In this document: positions 50,009 to 64,000 of the stretch, piece after piece
How the letters are laid out: each line of letters starts with the position of its first letter
How positions within the stretch are numbered: the stretch's first letter is position 1
Assembly (NCBI RefSeq): GCF_001194135.2
Contig: NC_068991.1
Coordinates: 72,448,039 to 72,512,038 of the forward strand
Direction: 5' to 3'
Length of the DNA: 64,000 nt
Origin: Octopus bimaculoides
Taxonomy: Eukaryota
Position numbers and translations under genes: made by a program
Notes under the pieces: generated by a model
Database searches by the model: none
Seen by the model: only the letters and a program-made list of their open reading frames with translations
Told to the model about the DNA's origin: nothing

Positions 50009-50539
50009 GTAAGTTGCATATTGCTTATCAACTCGGTGTGATATTCTCTTTTGTGTGAACTTGTCATTTCTGTGGACTAACAATTCACTTGCCATTTGAA
50101 TTGCCATTCTCAGAACTGATACAGTTCATACTTAGAACTCAAATCATATAAGCTCGCATTCGGTATCAACAAAGAGTGTTTTAATTTTAGTGCTAAAAAT
50201 AGAACTGAATTATGATTTAAAAAAAAAAAAAAAAAAAAAAGCAGGTAAAAATTCAGCTAATAAGGTGGATGTGAACGATCCTCGAAATTTTGAGCCATTT
50301 ACATTTGTGGTAATAATTATTATTTCGTAAATTGTTAATTTCCAAAATTTGTGCTTTGTTAAGCACAGAACAATTTGATTTGTTATTCAGTAAACCAGCA
50401 TGTAATCAAGGCTACTGTTTTTGGGTCAATATTCTGTTTGTATGCCTTGCTTAGCCTATAACACCACATTGATACAGCAGAACAAATACATACAGATGTG
50501 TACATATATATATGTATATATACATATGTGTGTGTGTGC

Positions 50540-50589
<50 letters not shown>

Positions 50590-52128
50590 GCATAAGCATA
50601 TACATATGTATAAGTGTATGCATGTATATGTACATATTATATGAATATCTGACTGCGAAAATATATACTATTATTATACTGAGATATCTGCTAGATATAT
50701 AAATACACTTTCACACAATGGAAAGACTAATTTCATAAATTTCATATACACTGATGTGTATATTATATATATATATATTTATGATAGATATATCAACACA
50801 CATACACACATACATACATACACACACACACACATACATACATACATACATACACCCATACATACAACACATACATACACACACAAATACATACATACAC
50901 ACAAATAAATACATTCATACTTACATACATACATGCGTACATGCATTCACGCATCTACTTTCCTTCACTCTCTTGTAATCTCTTTAACACTCACATATTG
51001 TAAAAGGGTTTTCAAGAAATTAATGTCTAGAAGAAATACGAAAATTCTAGGAATATTTCATTAAAGCTGTTAATAACCTCCACAAAGAAATCAAAAACGG
51101 TTTTTCTTCAAATGCTAAGTTCTTTGGCCTTAAGCTAGTTCCCTCCTTACATAGTCATTGCTTATTTTGTAATCATTCAGCTACATTACATATGCATTAC
51201 ACTTTACATTATATGTGAACTCAACGAAGCATATTTTATATTACAAAGATTTTTGAGACTAACCTGCCTGAGACAGCTCAGGTTCTATCATATAAATTCC
51301 TTACAGATGTTTTACAGCAATCTACAGTAAAACCTTCCATCAAAATTTCATGTTAATTTATGTTCTAAACACTAAGCTCGATAATGACAAAATTATTTTG
51401 CTAAGTTCTGCATCATTTTCAAAATTAATTGAAACACAGGTAGTGTATTTCAACAGAAATATGGTAATGAAAGGCTTAAAGAATGGTAATTTGCCCATAA
51501 GTGAAAATTCTTGCATAAACACAGAAACCATGTTTGTTTGGTATAAAATGGTTCATCGTTATTTAAATTAAAAAAAATTTTTTTTTGTAATTCATTATTA
51601 AGCAGTCTTTAGAACTTCTTTGCATTCTAATATTTGTTTAGAATTCAGAGAAATTCTAAAACCTTGTTTCTAAATCAGTAAGATATTATTATTATTATTA
51701 TTATTATTTATTTATTTTTTTTTGAAGCATAGAAACAGGATTGCTGTTAACAAACTGAAAAATTGTGTTGGAGACATCATCCTGCATAAAATGTTTTAAT
51801 TTATTTCTTTTAATGTGGGATTCATTTAAAACAAACAAACAAATCATTCATTTTAAAAGATTGAGTGTTTTATGTTGTAGCATTTTAAGGAAGACACACT
51901 GGGTGGGGGGAGGGGTTCCACATTGCTTTCCTTAGGCAGCCAGAGAATCTACAATTAGGAGAAAGATTAAATGGAATTTATAAAATTCATAAAATAGCTT
52001 CAACTGACATTAAAAACCAGGTTGTGAACAACTAACCAGGAACTTGCTTTCTACTTTCCAATATTTATCTAAACTCGAATAAGATGAAGAATATTTAAAA
52101 AAAAAATTACTGCTTTTCCATTTCTCAT

Positions 52129-52170
52129 TGAGGTAATCATTCTTTTGTCTGAGGTAATCATTCTTTTGTC
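52129..52170. repeat. Perfect 21-bp tandem duplication
   Basis: tgaggtaatcattcttttgtc twice. Confidence 0.9.
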
Positions 52171-54389
52171 AAGTCCAAAGTATTAGATTGCTTTATTTTA
52201 ATTATTTTTCCTTCACTGCAATTGTCTTTCCGGTTGATTTAGTTGTCCAGTATCGATATCTATGTCACTTCTGTCTTCTGTACTTCTTCATGTCCATTAC
52301 CTTTGATAGAAATCTACCATTATTGAGAGAAAAATATTCTTCAGTTAATATGCGGAATATAATATATAGTTTCTTGTTTGAAGTGAAATCAATTACATGT
52401 GAACTCTAATTTTATTTTATTCTGTGTTCATCATGTTATCCTCTTCTCAGTTTGTTCTCCTCTGTGACTCTCTCCTCATGTATCATTGAACAATGCTTCT
52501 AATGACACATTCCTAAAGGGTTGATTATGTAAGGCCCATTTAATTTGTGTTGTTGTTTAGCCCCAAGTCAGCTTGAGTCAAAAGGTATTCCATCCAGAAC
52601 CACCTTCTCTTTTGGTGGATATCTCAGAATAAATGATCTAAGATATCCTTCCCTTTTTTCAAGTTTGTTGGGTGTAATTTGAGAGAGATTTGACTGCAAT
52701 TTCTTGTAGGCTGAATGACTGTGCAGAAGTTTTCCTCTTTCTCAAAAGCAATCTTTCTACTAAATCTAAATGCTTATTTAAGGGTCCACATCTTGTATTC
52801 AAAGTAGAAATTCACTTTTGTCATGACAATGGCTTTGCAGTATTTTTCATCTCATTTTACATGAATAATTTTTTATTTACCTAATTTGCAAGACTTAATT
52901 AAAACAATAATAGTATATTGGAATTCTCCGCGACACATTTTAAATGTTTGTTAGTTTTATTTATATTTTGCACGTATAATATTTTATAAACAATTCCCGA
53001 TTGCATTGTCAATTTCAAGATAGAAATCTCTGCTTAGATTTTTTTTATTTAATAACTTAGTCAGAGAAGGTAGAGCAGCACTCTCAACCATTTCCAGAGC
53101 AATGGATGAGGTGGGGATGCTGTTCTTAGACCACAGATTTGTTCTGAGTGGTTGCAACGGAGCACATCCTGGGGAAGAAACCAAAGGGTAAACTAAGTAA
53201 TGGATTAAGTTAATCTTCAGAGAATAGGACTGCCCCCTCCACCCTCTGACAAGCTTCTACACTGTTGCCTTCTATTAAAATTTTTCTTTAAAAACTTTGC
53301 AACTATGGTAGAAAACTACTTCACAAGGTGGGTGTTGCACAACTTGAAACCACAAAGCAGATTTCTTAAATGTTGATATGTTATGAAATACCTTAATTGA
53401 AAGATAAATATTCAAAGACAAATATTTTTATATTGGATTTCAAAGAAATGCTGATTCCTTTTTTGGGATGATTTCTTTGATTTCATAATTTGTGACAAGT
53501 TGATTTCTTTAGGTACTTATGTTAACCTTTACTCAAATCCAACATTAATTTCTTGATAACCTAACACTTACATATGTGTATGTGTTTATAAAACACGCAT
53601 ACACTCACAGACAAGTCTCATGATTGGCATAGATTTAAATGTAACAAAACAAATTGACAGATTTGTCATTGGTTGATAAAATGAGCAAACTCAAGCATGT
53701 TGCTCAATTTTTTATCAGTTTTCATTAACCTAAACAAGCTATTGATCAACGAGATAAAGACCCTACAAGAAATTAAAAATAAACTTTGTAAGACATAAAT
53801 TATAACAACAGAAACATGTTTGTACTAAATTTATTAAAAATAAATCTTAAGATATCATCTAAGCTGTTAGTAACATATTCAAACATATAATCGCCAGAAG
53901 CCAATCACACTTGTAACATTTATTAGAGGCTCAACAGATTAAACAAAGCAGATTTTGGAATGTTGTTCAATGTATTCCATAAATCCAGAAATATCAGTGG
54001 TACACTAAGTTGAATATTTTTTTTATTTAAACATATATAGCATAAAGGTTTAAATCTAAATATGTAAATGTGTCTATAGTTAAATGAAGTTGAATTTTTC
54101 ATTTAAATATATGTAAATAAGCTGCAATCAACACCCCCTTCCTAAACAAGCATATGACACTACTAAAGTAGTTGACCTGAAGACAATTAGTCTGTAAGAC
54201 ATGTCTAGGTAGATGTATATGACCACATCTGGTCATGTAATAATTAATATTGCATATGGTTTAGCACTTCTACTCATGTAAATATATTTCATTAACTCAT
54301 TTAGACTATTCATGAGATGTCTTAGCTGACAGATAATTTTTTTGTTAATAGTGTTGAACCTTCTAGTAATCTCTGAAATCATTTTGAAA

Positions 54390-54436
<47 letters not shown>

Positions 54437-55853
54437 CTATGACGTGGCGATTTAACAATCTGTTCAGTTATATCATTTCACATTTTCAATTATTTTTATT
54501 CAGTATCAAAACGATAGTTGGTTCTGTTATCACATTGAATCTTTACATGCTCCATGAGTTTTGACGTGCACAATTAAGCGATATCATTGCTATGCCTAAT
54601 TCAAGCCTTTACACATTCTCCATTTTTGCCCTTTAATAATAATAATAATAAAAACTTGATTAAACAAATATAAATAACTTTAAACGGTTATTCATCAGAT
54701 TTTGTAAAAAAAAGGAATGAAATAAAACAAATTGCTTAAAAATATTGGTTTCAAATTTTGGCACAAGGCCGGCAAAATTGCTTAAACATACGATTCAATG
54801 TGGTAATAGCCAGCTTGAGAGAACAAAATCCTTTTTAAATGTTAGCAGACAGGATCTCAATGGCACTGTTGTGCAATATTTATATGTAAAACACATTTTT
54901 CAAACTGAAATAGTTCTTTCTCAAGTTTGCTTGTTATCAACATTGATAACATTTGAAAAGAAATTTAATATGATAAATTAATTTGTAAACTTATCAACAC
55001 AAATCCTTTTTATATATAAAATACTAATGTCTTCATTTTTAAGCTAGGAGGTTCTACACAAAAAATACAAATAGAACTTGGCTCGTAGTACAAGTAGTGT
55101 TTTTTTTTTTCTTCTGAAATATCTAAACTATCTTGAAATATACTTTTAAGTATACTTCTAAATTCTTAGAAGCAAAAATCTTAGAAGGAAGTCAATGTAT
55201 AATATTTTTTTTGTAAAAATAATACTTTGAGATTTCACCCTCAGTCGGACATATTTGTCCACATCCACAAAATAAAATGCCTCATGTCACTCTGTAAAGT
55301 AAATTTCGACTTTGCATGCTGCAATTTCAAAGCAGTAAGTGTGCTTGTGCCGCATGTTAATATATTTGTTAAAACATACGCGCTTTGATTTTTTTTTTTT
55401 TTTTCGTTGTTTGAGCACCTAAAAAGTGTTTACTGCTGTGATGTTTTCATCTAAACATCCATCTTGTCTGACCTTGACGAGAAAAACATTTGAAAAAAAA
55501 AAAAAAAAAAGTTAAAAAAATAGCAATTACGTTTGCATCCTTTGCTTGCAAAAAAATTAAAAGAAAGTTTCAAAAAAAAAAAAAGAAGATATTGACCAAC
55601 AAGAAATTTAGCTTGCTTAGTATTCTGCCTGGCAAGCAAATCGTAGCTTAATTGTAGCCTCAGATAGCCAAATGGGATACCATTTTGGTTCTGTTTTATA
55701 GCTGCATTCAACTTTAAGAAATTATGTTCTGTAAAAATTGTCTTTGGTAGTTTGATAGTTGAAACTGCAGTCCAACTATCTCTCTTCTCTTTCCTGTTTA
55801 TGTTAAGCTTTCTTTCTTGTCACATTTCCTTTCTTATCACAGGTTATCTGAAG

Positions 55854-55918
<65 letters not shown>

Positions 55919-56132
55919 ACATGCCAAACCCTACTGAATACAAGACTGCATTATATGTCAATGTCTTTGAGCACACACAAACACACGCACATACAAACAC
56001 ACACATACACATCTCTGTGTGTCTACATATGTATGTATATGCATGTGTGAGTATTTATATTTAAGTATATATGTCTGTATGTATAGGTATCATATACATA
56101 CACATGCACCTATACATATAGACAGACATATA

Positions 56133-56220
<88 letters not shown>

Positions 56221-56246
56221 TAATTTATGTGTGCGTGTGTGTGTGT

Positions 56247-56283
<37 letters not shown>

Positions 56284-56658
56284 TAAAATATGAGTGTTTC
56301 TGTGTATGATATGTCGATATGTGTATAAGTGTCTAGTGGGTGCTGTGGAACAGGAGATAATTTCTTGGTAAATCAGGTTTACAACCTAATTTCAATGTCC
56401 AGTTGAAGACATTACATTTCATTTTGTATCCCTAAAACCTTTCAGAAGCTCATAAATGCAACAAATCCCAGACGCCTCTAATCACAATTAGCCTCACACA
56501 TAAACAGAAAATGCAAAAAGTAAATCGCTTCATCCACAGTGTATTGTGACACTGTTGTATCTAGTTAAATTTGGAAATGGGTACGCTACATTCAACATGT
56601 ATGTATGCAGCATGAATGTATGTATGTATGTATGTATGTATGTATGTATGTATGTATG

Positions 56659-57120
56659 CCATTATTCAGTTTATTTCAAGATTTCTTGCCAATAGAGAAA
56701 GAACTGGTTTCTAACCTAGATCCATTGGAATTTCAACATCAGCAACAGGGTATTTTTGTTTGTTTGTTTCTATGTATGTATATGTGCAGATTTGTATGTT
56801 TTGCTTTATGTATGTATTCTCATGCATATAGTTGCCTATCTAGACATGCGCATATATATACTTAAATGATAAACTTCTGGAAAGTTTTACAGATTTTTAC
56901 ATTTCCAGTGATGGACTGGATTTGTAGTCTTCGAATTAGCTTTCTCCTTTCTGGTTTTGAGAAGACTAATTTCTCAAGATTGGTATTTAGGCAATGTGTT
57001 ACATATCCCAGTACCCCATTGATTACTGGTATAAACCTGAACTTGCAATCTGTATAGAGTAACTGCAGATTTCTCAATAGTTCAGCATAGGTGTTCTCTT
57101 TTTCACTGATCTTCAGCTTT
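56659..57120 (-). mobile_element. 5'-truncated restriction-like-endonuclease (R4/Dong-type) non-LTR retrotransposon within (TATG)n
   Basis: Minus-strand peptide KISEKENTYAELLRNLQLLYTDCKFRFIPVINGVLGYVTHCLNTNLEKLVFSKPERRKLIRRLQIQSITGNVKICKTFQKFII* resembles RLE-domain C-termini (K..Y..L...IP.+.G.LG...LQ...+.G...I); flanked by (TATG)n/(ATGC)n on both sides. Confidence 0.7.
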
Positions 57121-57504
57121 ATGTATGTATGTATGTATGTATGCATGAGCATGTATGTATGCATGCATGTATGTATGCATGTATGTATATATGTATGTAT
57201 GTGTGTATGTATGTATGCATGCATGCATGTATGTATGCATGCATGCATGCATGAATGTATGTATGCACCCATCCTCATAATCATTACCATCATTTTAATG
57301 TCAACTTCCCCATGCATGTATGGACTGGCCAGAGTTTATTGAAACAGATTTTCTATGGATGGATGCTCTTCCTGTTACTAACCTTCATGAGATCTTACTC
57401 CATAGCCAGATATACAAGAGATGAACGACACTCATTTACAAATATCACATGATATCAAGCCATAGAGACACACAGACACATACACACATATGCACCTAGA
57501 ACGT

Positions 57505-57695
57505 TCCCCTTCAAGGCAAAAGTGTGAGCAAGGTTGTTTCATGGAAGACTAGTAGTTGTCCATGCATACTAGCCTCCCCTCTTCATGCTACCGATGTTAT
57601 CCAAATGAAAGGCCAAGACAGACACAGCTTGGCACCAGTGATGTCGCAACTCATTCCTACAGCTGAGTGAACTGGAGCAACATAAAATTAAGCAT
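57505..57695 (-). mobile_element. Family H SINE body
   Basis: ggaagactagtagttgtccatgcatactagcctcccctc...gcttggcaccagtgatgtcgcaactc matches 6045-6336. Confidence 0.7.
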
Positions 57696-59419
57696 CTAAT
57701 ATATATATACATAGAAAATAAAGGAAATCTCGAATGCAGGATAAATTGGAAAGTAGCTTAGAAGATCAGGTAAATATGCTTAGAAGAACCCTGTACCTCT
57801 CAGATTCCAGTTGAGCACTCATTAAGTTAAGTAATATCTGACAACAAATGCTATATTCTATAATGCGAAATAATAGCTTTTGGAATTTGAGACCATTTTT
57901 TATAAACAAACTTAGAAGTGCTGAGTGAGTTGGTATTTTACAGAGACAGATAGAAATCTTGAACACATGATAGCTGTGAAAACGGTTTAGAAGATTGGGT
58001 AAATTCTCTTACAAATAAGGAGTTATTTAAAGCTTGGGTATACACCTGGTAGTATGCCAATTAAAGCACTTTCATTGTCTATGGCTACCTGTTGTCGTCA
58101 TCCACGGTAATGATATAAATGCCACTGGATCTACCTCAGGAATTCCTCAGTTTTTGTCAAGAATATAAAGAATGAGAGAAACAGAAACTAGAATTCACAA
58201 GAGTCTTTATTAATCACAGTGATTTTCTTGACCCCTCTTGCATCGATCTCTCACAGGGGTGATAATACGCAACTGGTTGTGGTGCATCCTTCAGAGCAAA
58301 TGTGTCTCATCAGGTGACTTGTCAAAAGTACCCTGAGCTTATTGAACAAGGAACCTTTTGATGATAAAGGTGATGATGATGATTATGATGTAATACTAAG
58401 ATCAAAGAACTGAATATCCTTAGGCATTGCCACACAATAAAAATAATGCCCTCTTTTCCCTTTCTCCATCTCTAAAGCCAAATAGTTTTTCTTGTAAGAT
58501 AAGTGTGGTTAAAAACTTTGCCTTCTAATCATGTGGTTTCAGGTTCAGTCCTACAGTATGGCACTTTGGGCATATGTAGTTTACATTAGCCAAGGCCAGT
58601 CAATGGAGCATGAGTGAATTTGGTAAATGTGTCTGTGTCTGTGTGTGCATGTGTATATGTGTGTATCTGTATCTATCTATAAAGATAGATCTATTTAAAT
58701 ATACATACTGTAGAATGCGAAATTCATTTATCTGAACAGCAAGTAAGGGTTGGTGACAGGGAGAGCATCTGGCTTTAAAATCATTCATCATCCTAAAATG
58801 CATCTCCATCCAACCCATACTAACATAGAAAAAACAGATGTTAAACAAAAATAAATGAACAGACGGACATGTGCATGAACAAAATGTCTTCAGAAAAAAA
58901 GAAAAAAAACTACTGGAAATAGCTTCACAATAAGTGCAAGCATAAAAAAAATAGTATCCCAATTGTTTCCATATTCCATTCTCTGTAGCTGAGAACAGCA
59001 TGTATCCTTATTGCAATATTTAAAAATATTACCATGTGTGACTCTCAATTTGTATTTCCCCCCTCACTTGGAAGCTTTCTATCTCTCTCACCCTCTTTCT
59101 TTCTCCCTCTCTCACTTTCTTTTTGTCTCTTCCTCCTTATTTTTCTCTCTCTGCCTCTATGTTCCCTTCAATTTCATCCATCTTGTCGTTGTCTCTCTCT
59201 TACTGTTTGTCTCTCTGCAGCATTCATATCCTGGTGAAAAACTCAGAAAATTCCAGCCAAGATAGCATCCTTCTTTGATTAGGTTTATTTTCTCCCATCA
59301 TTGTCAAATATTTTGCATAGTAATTGCATTAACTTTTCAAACCATTCAGACTTGTTGATTTGTGTTGATATAGCAATGTGTAAGTCTGTATATATATATA
59401 TATATATATATAATCATAA

Positions 59420-59630
59420 ATATACAGGGATTAGCAGAAGCCTGCTTCTCCAACATACTGAGAATTCAGAAATAGCAGTCAAAGAACTTCTGATTCCAAA
59501 CTACAAATTTTTTCTCTAACGGATGGCGATATCTATGGCACACACAGAACAAAAAACAGAAGAGAAGAGTAAAAACAAACCTGCCTTTAGTTAATTGGGT
59601 ACGACGTTTCACAGTTAAGGGTATGAATTC
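59420..59630 (+). mobile_element. Family F repeat, second copy
   Basis: tatacagggattagcag...aacctgcctttagttaattgg; matches 43400-43606 inverted. Confidence 0.7.
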
Positions 59631-59675
59631 CCCTATTCCGATCTTCAGCCACAATATTCGAATAAATTTGCCAAT

Positions 59676-59767
59676 GTCTAAATAACTCACGTTAATTTTG
59701 ACCATGTAGTGTCTGCCTCACGTGGTCTTGATGTCGCATGGTCAAAATTAACGTGAGTTATTTAGAC
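59676..59767. repeat. Perfect 31-bp inverted repeat with a 30-nt spacer, abutting an N-gap
   Basis: gtctaaataactcacgttaattttgaccatg / catggtcaaaattaacgtgagttatttagac. Confidence 0.9.
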
Positions 59768-60509
59768 NNNNNNNNNNNNNNNNNNNNNNNNNNNNNNNNN
59801 NNNNNNNNNNNNNNNNNNNNNNNNNNNNNNNNNNNNNNNNNNNNNNNNNNNNNNNNNNNNNNNNNNNNNNNNNNNNNNNNNNNNNNNNNNNNNNNNNNNN
59901 NNNNNNNNNNNNNNNNNNNNNNNNNNNNNNNNNNNNNNNNNNNNNNNNNNNNNNNNNNNNNNNNNNNNNNNNNNNNNNNNNNNNNNNNNNNNNNNNNNNN
60001 NNNNNNNNNNNNNNNNNNNNNNNNNNNNNNNNNNNNNNNNNNNNNNNNNNNNNNNNNNNNNNNNNNNNNNNNNNNNNNNNNNNNNNNNNNNNNNNNNNNN
60101 NNNNNNNNNNNNNNNNNNNNNNNTATATATATATATATATATATACATGGTAATTTTCAATGCTGGCTCAGAACTCAATAGAAAATACATAGAGATAAAC
60201 TTAAAAATGAAAACAATCCACTGCCATCACAAAAGCTAAGAACAATGTTGATTTGTAAACCTTTAATATACTCGGCAGTATATTTTGGTTGCAAATGAAA
60301 TACAGTGTCCCTTGCTACACTCAAACACAACCACACACATATATACATATATACGACAAGCTTCGTTTAGTTTCCATCTACCAAATTCCCCCAAGAGTTT
60401 GCTTAGCCTGAGGCTATAGTAGACACCCAAGGTGTCATGCAGAAGTACTGAACTTGGAACTCTGTGGTTTGGAATGTGCTGCTTCTAATGCAAAATTTGA
60501 ATCTGTGTA

Positions 60510-60569
<60 letters not shown>

Positions 60570-60924
60570 NNNNNNNNNNNNNNNNNNNNNNNNNNNNNNN
60601 NNNNNNNNNNNNNNNNNNNNNNNNNNNNNNNNNNNNNNNNNNNNNNNNNNNNNNNNNNNNNNNNNNNNNNNNNNNNNNNNNNNNNNNNNNNNNNNNNNNN
60701 NNNNNNNNNNNNNNNNNNNNNNNNNNNNNNNNNNNNNNNNNNNNNNNNNNNNNNNNNNNNNNNNNNNNNNNNNNNNNNNNNNNNNNNNNNNNNNNNNNNN
60801 NNNNNNNNNNNNNNNNNNNNNNNNNNNNNNNNNNNNNNNNNNNNNNNNNNNNNNNNNNNNNNNNNNNNNNNNNNNNNNNNNNNNNNNNNNNNNNNNNNNN
60901 NNNNNNNNNNNNNNNNNNNNNNNN

Positions 60925-60979
<55 letters not shown>

Positions 60980-61099
60980 TGCATACACACACACACACAC
61001 ACACACATATATCAAATAATTTGTTAAAGAAAGGCATCAAAAACATTGAGTGCAGGAAGATTTCAAGGTTAAGATAATTGGCCTTCTTCATTCTGTACT

Positions 61100-61495
61100 G
61101 AGCTGGAACCCGGATGATTATAAAAGAAGGGCTTTCAGATCATCTTAGTGATATGTGAAGCTCTCTAAGGGCTGAAAACATCTCATAGCATGAGTACAAG
61201 ACCAAAGAGGAATTCTATAGGCACATTTCACCCATCTATGCTATTGTTGCTCAACGTGGACTAGGCTTTTCTGGCTACTGCTATTGTGATGAACAGCAGA
61301 CCATGTCAGCTGTTGGATATGTGAAGACTTTTACACCTTAATAAAGGGTGAAGACCACTCAACTACATTGATGTTGCTAGGAGATACACATTACATGAAA
61401 TTGAAGATCTACAAAAGCTAATAGGGGACAGAGATTCTTGGTGGGGTCATCTTAAAATACATCTTAGTTGTGACCAATTGATGATGATGATGATG
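61100..61495 (+). mobile_element. Degenerate LINE (RTE/RTEX-like) 3' end with a (GAT)n tail
   Basis: From 61171 reads AENIS*HEYKTKEEFYRHISPIYAIVAQRGLGFSGYCY (compare 'ISW..H.TNEELY...RRL.FAGHC'), later EDLQKLIGDRDSW, then gatgatgatgatg. Confidence 0.6.
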
Positions 61496-61866
61496 TATTA
61501 TGTCAAATGGTGTTGTGTATTCTCTAGGGTTAAATATTACTTAACTATGTGTCTAAAGTTATTAATATTACCTTTGCTACTGGTGATAATGTTCTTTATT
61601 ATCAATATGGCTTCTGTCTGAGTAGTAACATAGAAAATACTGACTAATAATTGTGAAAAAATACTTCCTTTTTCGTGATAATTTACTACACACTCAATAA
61701 GTTTTGTATCTAGGTGAAGCAGTGGTCAAGAATCTTTAAATTATTCTATTTCGGCATAAGATTATTCATGATAATTCATTTGCTGAAACTGGTTTGTACA
61801 TCTCATGCCGTTTGGCTTTTTGGCTTGTTCAGGTATCTGGAAAAAAAAAAAGTCTGTGTGTGTGTG

Positions 61867-61938
<72 letters not shown>

Positions 61939-64000
61939 GAGAGAGAGAGAGAGTACAGTTCTTACCTGTTTGGAAAGATGATTGGTTCACAATTTTTCAG
62001 TGTCCTAAAAATTTTATGTCTGTATAATGAAACTAATTCTGAATGTCTGTTAATTAACTAGAGTTTAGAAAATAAAATGTCAAGTCATTCAGACGTGCAA
62101 AATGACAGAATTTTATGCGTGGTGTATTGTTTTGCAAAGCATAGTATTTTCCACTTCTTATTGAATGATACATTGGCTAACTTTAAATTTGGAATATAAT
62201 TCAACAACAATCCGTCTGCTCTTCTGTAGCAATTTCTAAAAGTATGTGTAGGTTGATAAAATATTACTTTTAAATGAATTGGCTGTTAAACTTACATAGC
62301 ATGTTGATGTGAAATGTATGTTGGTAGTGTACAATAAAACAATTCTTTGGTTTTACAATTACCATCTTGGAGACTGTTGTTGCAATTTGGACATTTACAG
62401 TTAGCTATTGTGAAGTTAGAAAATTTCGTTTTCAGTTTAGATTGATTGGAGTTTTCTAATGGTTCTGAAAAACTATATGTAGTTGAATATAAAATTTTAA
62501 TATTATTTTGGTTAGAAAAGAAATGTTTAACATAGCATTTGCAAAAAAAACAAAACAAAGAAACAAAACTAGCTTTGGGTATTCATTCTCATAAATTATA
62601 TAGCAAATTGTGTTACATAACATCTCTCTCTACATTTAAAAGGTGTTGGATTCATATTCATGTAGTTTTTTACATTTCCTACTTATCCATTTCATCTGAT
62701 TCATAGTAATAGCTGGATGCATTGTTGAAAAATCTTCTCATTAGAAGATTAATTAGAAAATTGAATGAATTCATTTTTTAACTAAATTTCTATTTAAATT
62801 TTATTCAGAGTGGTTCAATTACACTTTGTAACAATTTTTTTTTTTTTGTCTTTGGTCAATAAGTATTATTTCCTACTTGCTTCTATCTAGGAATCAAAGG
62901 AAATGACTACTATTCCCTTCAAACTTTGCTTCTGTAACCTGGACATCAATGTTTTGAAACTGACCTATTTTCCATTACATTTCAGACAGATTCAGCACTG
63001 AGTTGCTGAAGCAGAAATATTGTTATAGCAAATATTCTGCTCAATACCACAGATTTGCTTGTCAGTCGCTTGACCATAACTACTTGAGCATGGCCCTTAA
63101 CTACTGACAATATATACATCATTGATCATGAGCAGAAGTAGTGGGGGAGCATCATAGCATTATGATGAGAAGGATTTTTGGGGGTTTGAGCAAAAGCAAA
63201 GTTTGAAGGAAATATTAACCATTTTTCATACTTTCTAGAGGTAAGCAAATAAAAAATAACAGTTCCTATTTAAGGACAAAAATTGTGTTACACAGTGTAA
63301 TTTGTGGGTATATTGTAATATTGCATTTAATTATTTTTTACATATTGAGAATTTTGAAGGTTATCAAAGTTAAAGGAAACATCTAGAACATTTCAATTTT
63401 GAGTTGGGTTCCAAGTGTATTTGTGAACCCTAAGGTTTTAAAGAAATTATGGAAAGTATCACAGAATCTATCAGTAACTTGTTGATTAAAGTTACATAAT
63501 AATGATAGATCATCATCATAATATAAATTTCCAGATGTTTGAGAATCTCATATGCAAGCCTTTTAGAATATATAAACCAAGAATATCACTGACTTCTGCT
63601 AAATCTTTTGAACCCATACACATGTGTATTTCATTGCAGGCTTCTGCAATGATTCTGGATGAGGATTGATGTAGACCAGAATGGGACCCCCTTTTAATCA
63701 TTCCTTATATGAGGCCTCTCTGATGGTGATGGCACAGTGGGGTGGACTAAAAATACTCAGTAAGATTGTAGGTGATAGGAAAGATAGAAAACATACCAAA
63801 CTGGGAGGTACTGCTTGTAAACCATGAATTCTACAAGCTGCATTGTGGCTGCCCATTGATGACTGAAAGCAGTGGTTCCAAACAAGAAGTGATACATGGT
63901 GAAGGGCTCTCTTTATCTTGCATTGCATGAAACAGCCCCTCTGGTGTCAATAACATGAAGTGGTTGATGCTGGGAGTGACAGCAGCCAGCCATGAAGGAC

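Noticed and set aside
25555-64000. Expected next canonical BRSK exon (UBA region, DPDVL...GCF-type motif)
   Set aside because: Not found by eye; it probably lies beyond 64000 or inside an N-gap. A tblastn with a molluscan BRSK would settle it.

Overview
AT-rich, microsatellite-dense eukaryotic DNA with about ten N-gaps, most flanked by (TA)n. The SINE/LINE/MITE content points to an octopod cephalopod genome (inference from recalled repeat families; no search run). The window lies inside a large + strand gene for a BRSK1/2 (SAD-1) family Ser/Thr kinase. Four exons (3841-3874, 21056-21124, 23113-23259, 25520-25554) splice in frame and encode the C-terminal half of the kinase domain: (G)[94 protein letters not shown](A). 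I did not find the upstream exons or the UBA-domain exon, so they probably lie outside the window or in a gap. The most interesting signals are two symmetric phase-2 candidate cassette exons (45 nt at 33267-33311, 51 nt at 49958-50008) in the kinase-UBA linker intron. Each is open only in the required frame and is followed by an ACTAAC motif. Other signals: candidate terminal/poison exons, long intronic fold-backs (possible ADAR substrates), an interlaced inverted repeat, an R4/Dong-like retroelement sitting in (TATG)n, a MITE carrying a CTCF-like motif, and a degenerate hammerhead-like fold. Almost all ORFs in the supplied track are microsatellite or N-gap artefacts. Repeat boundaries are read by eye and approximate.
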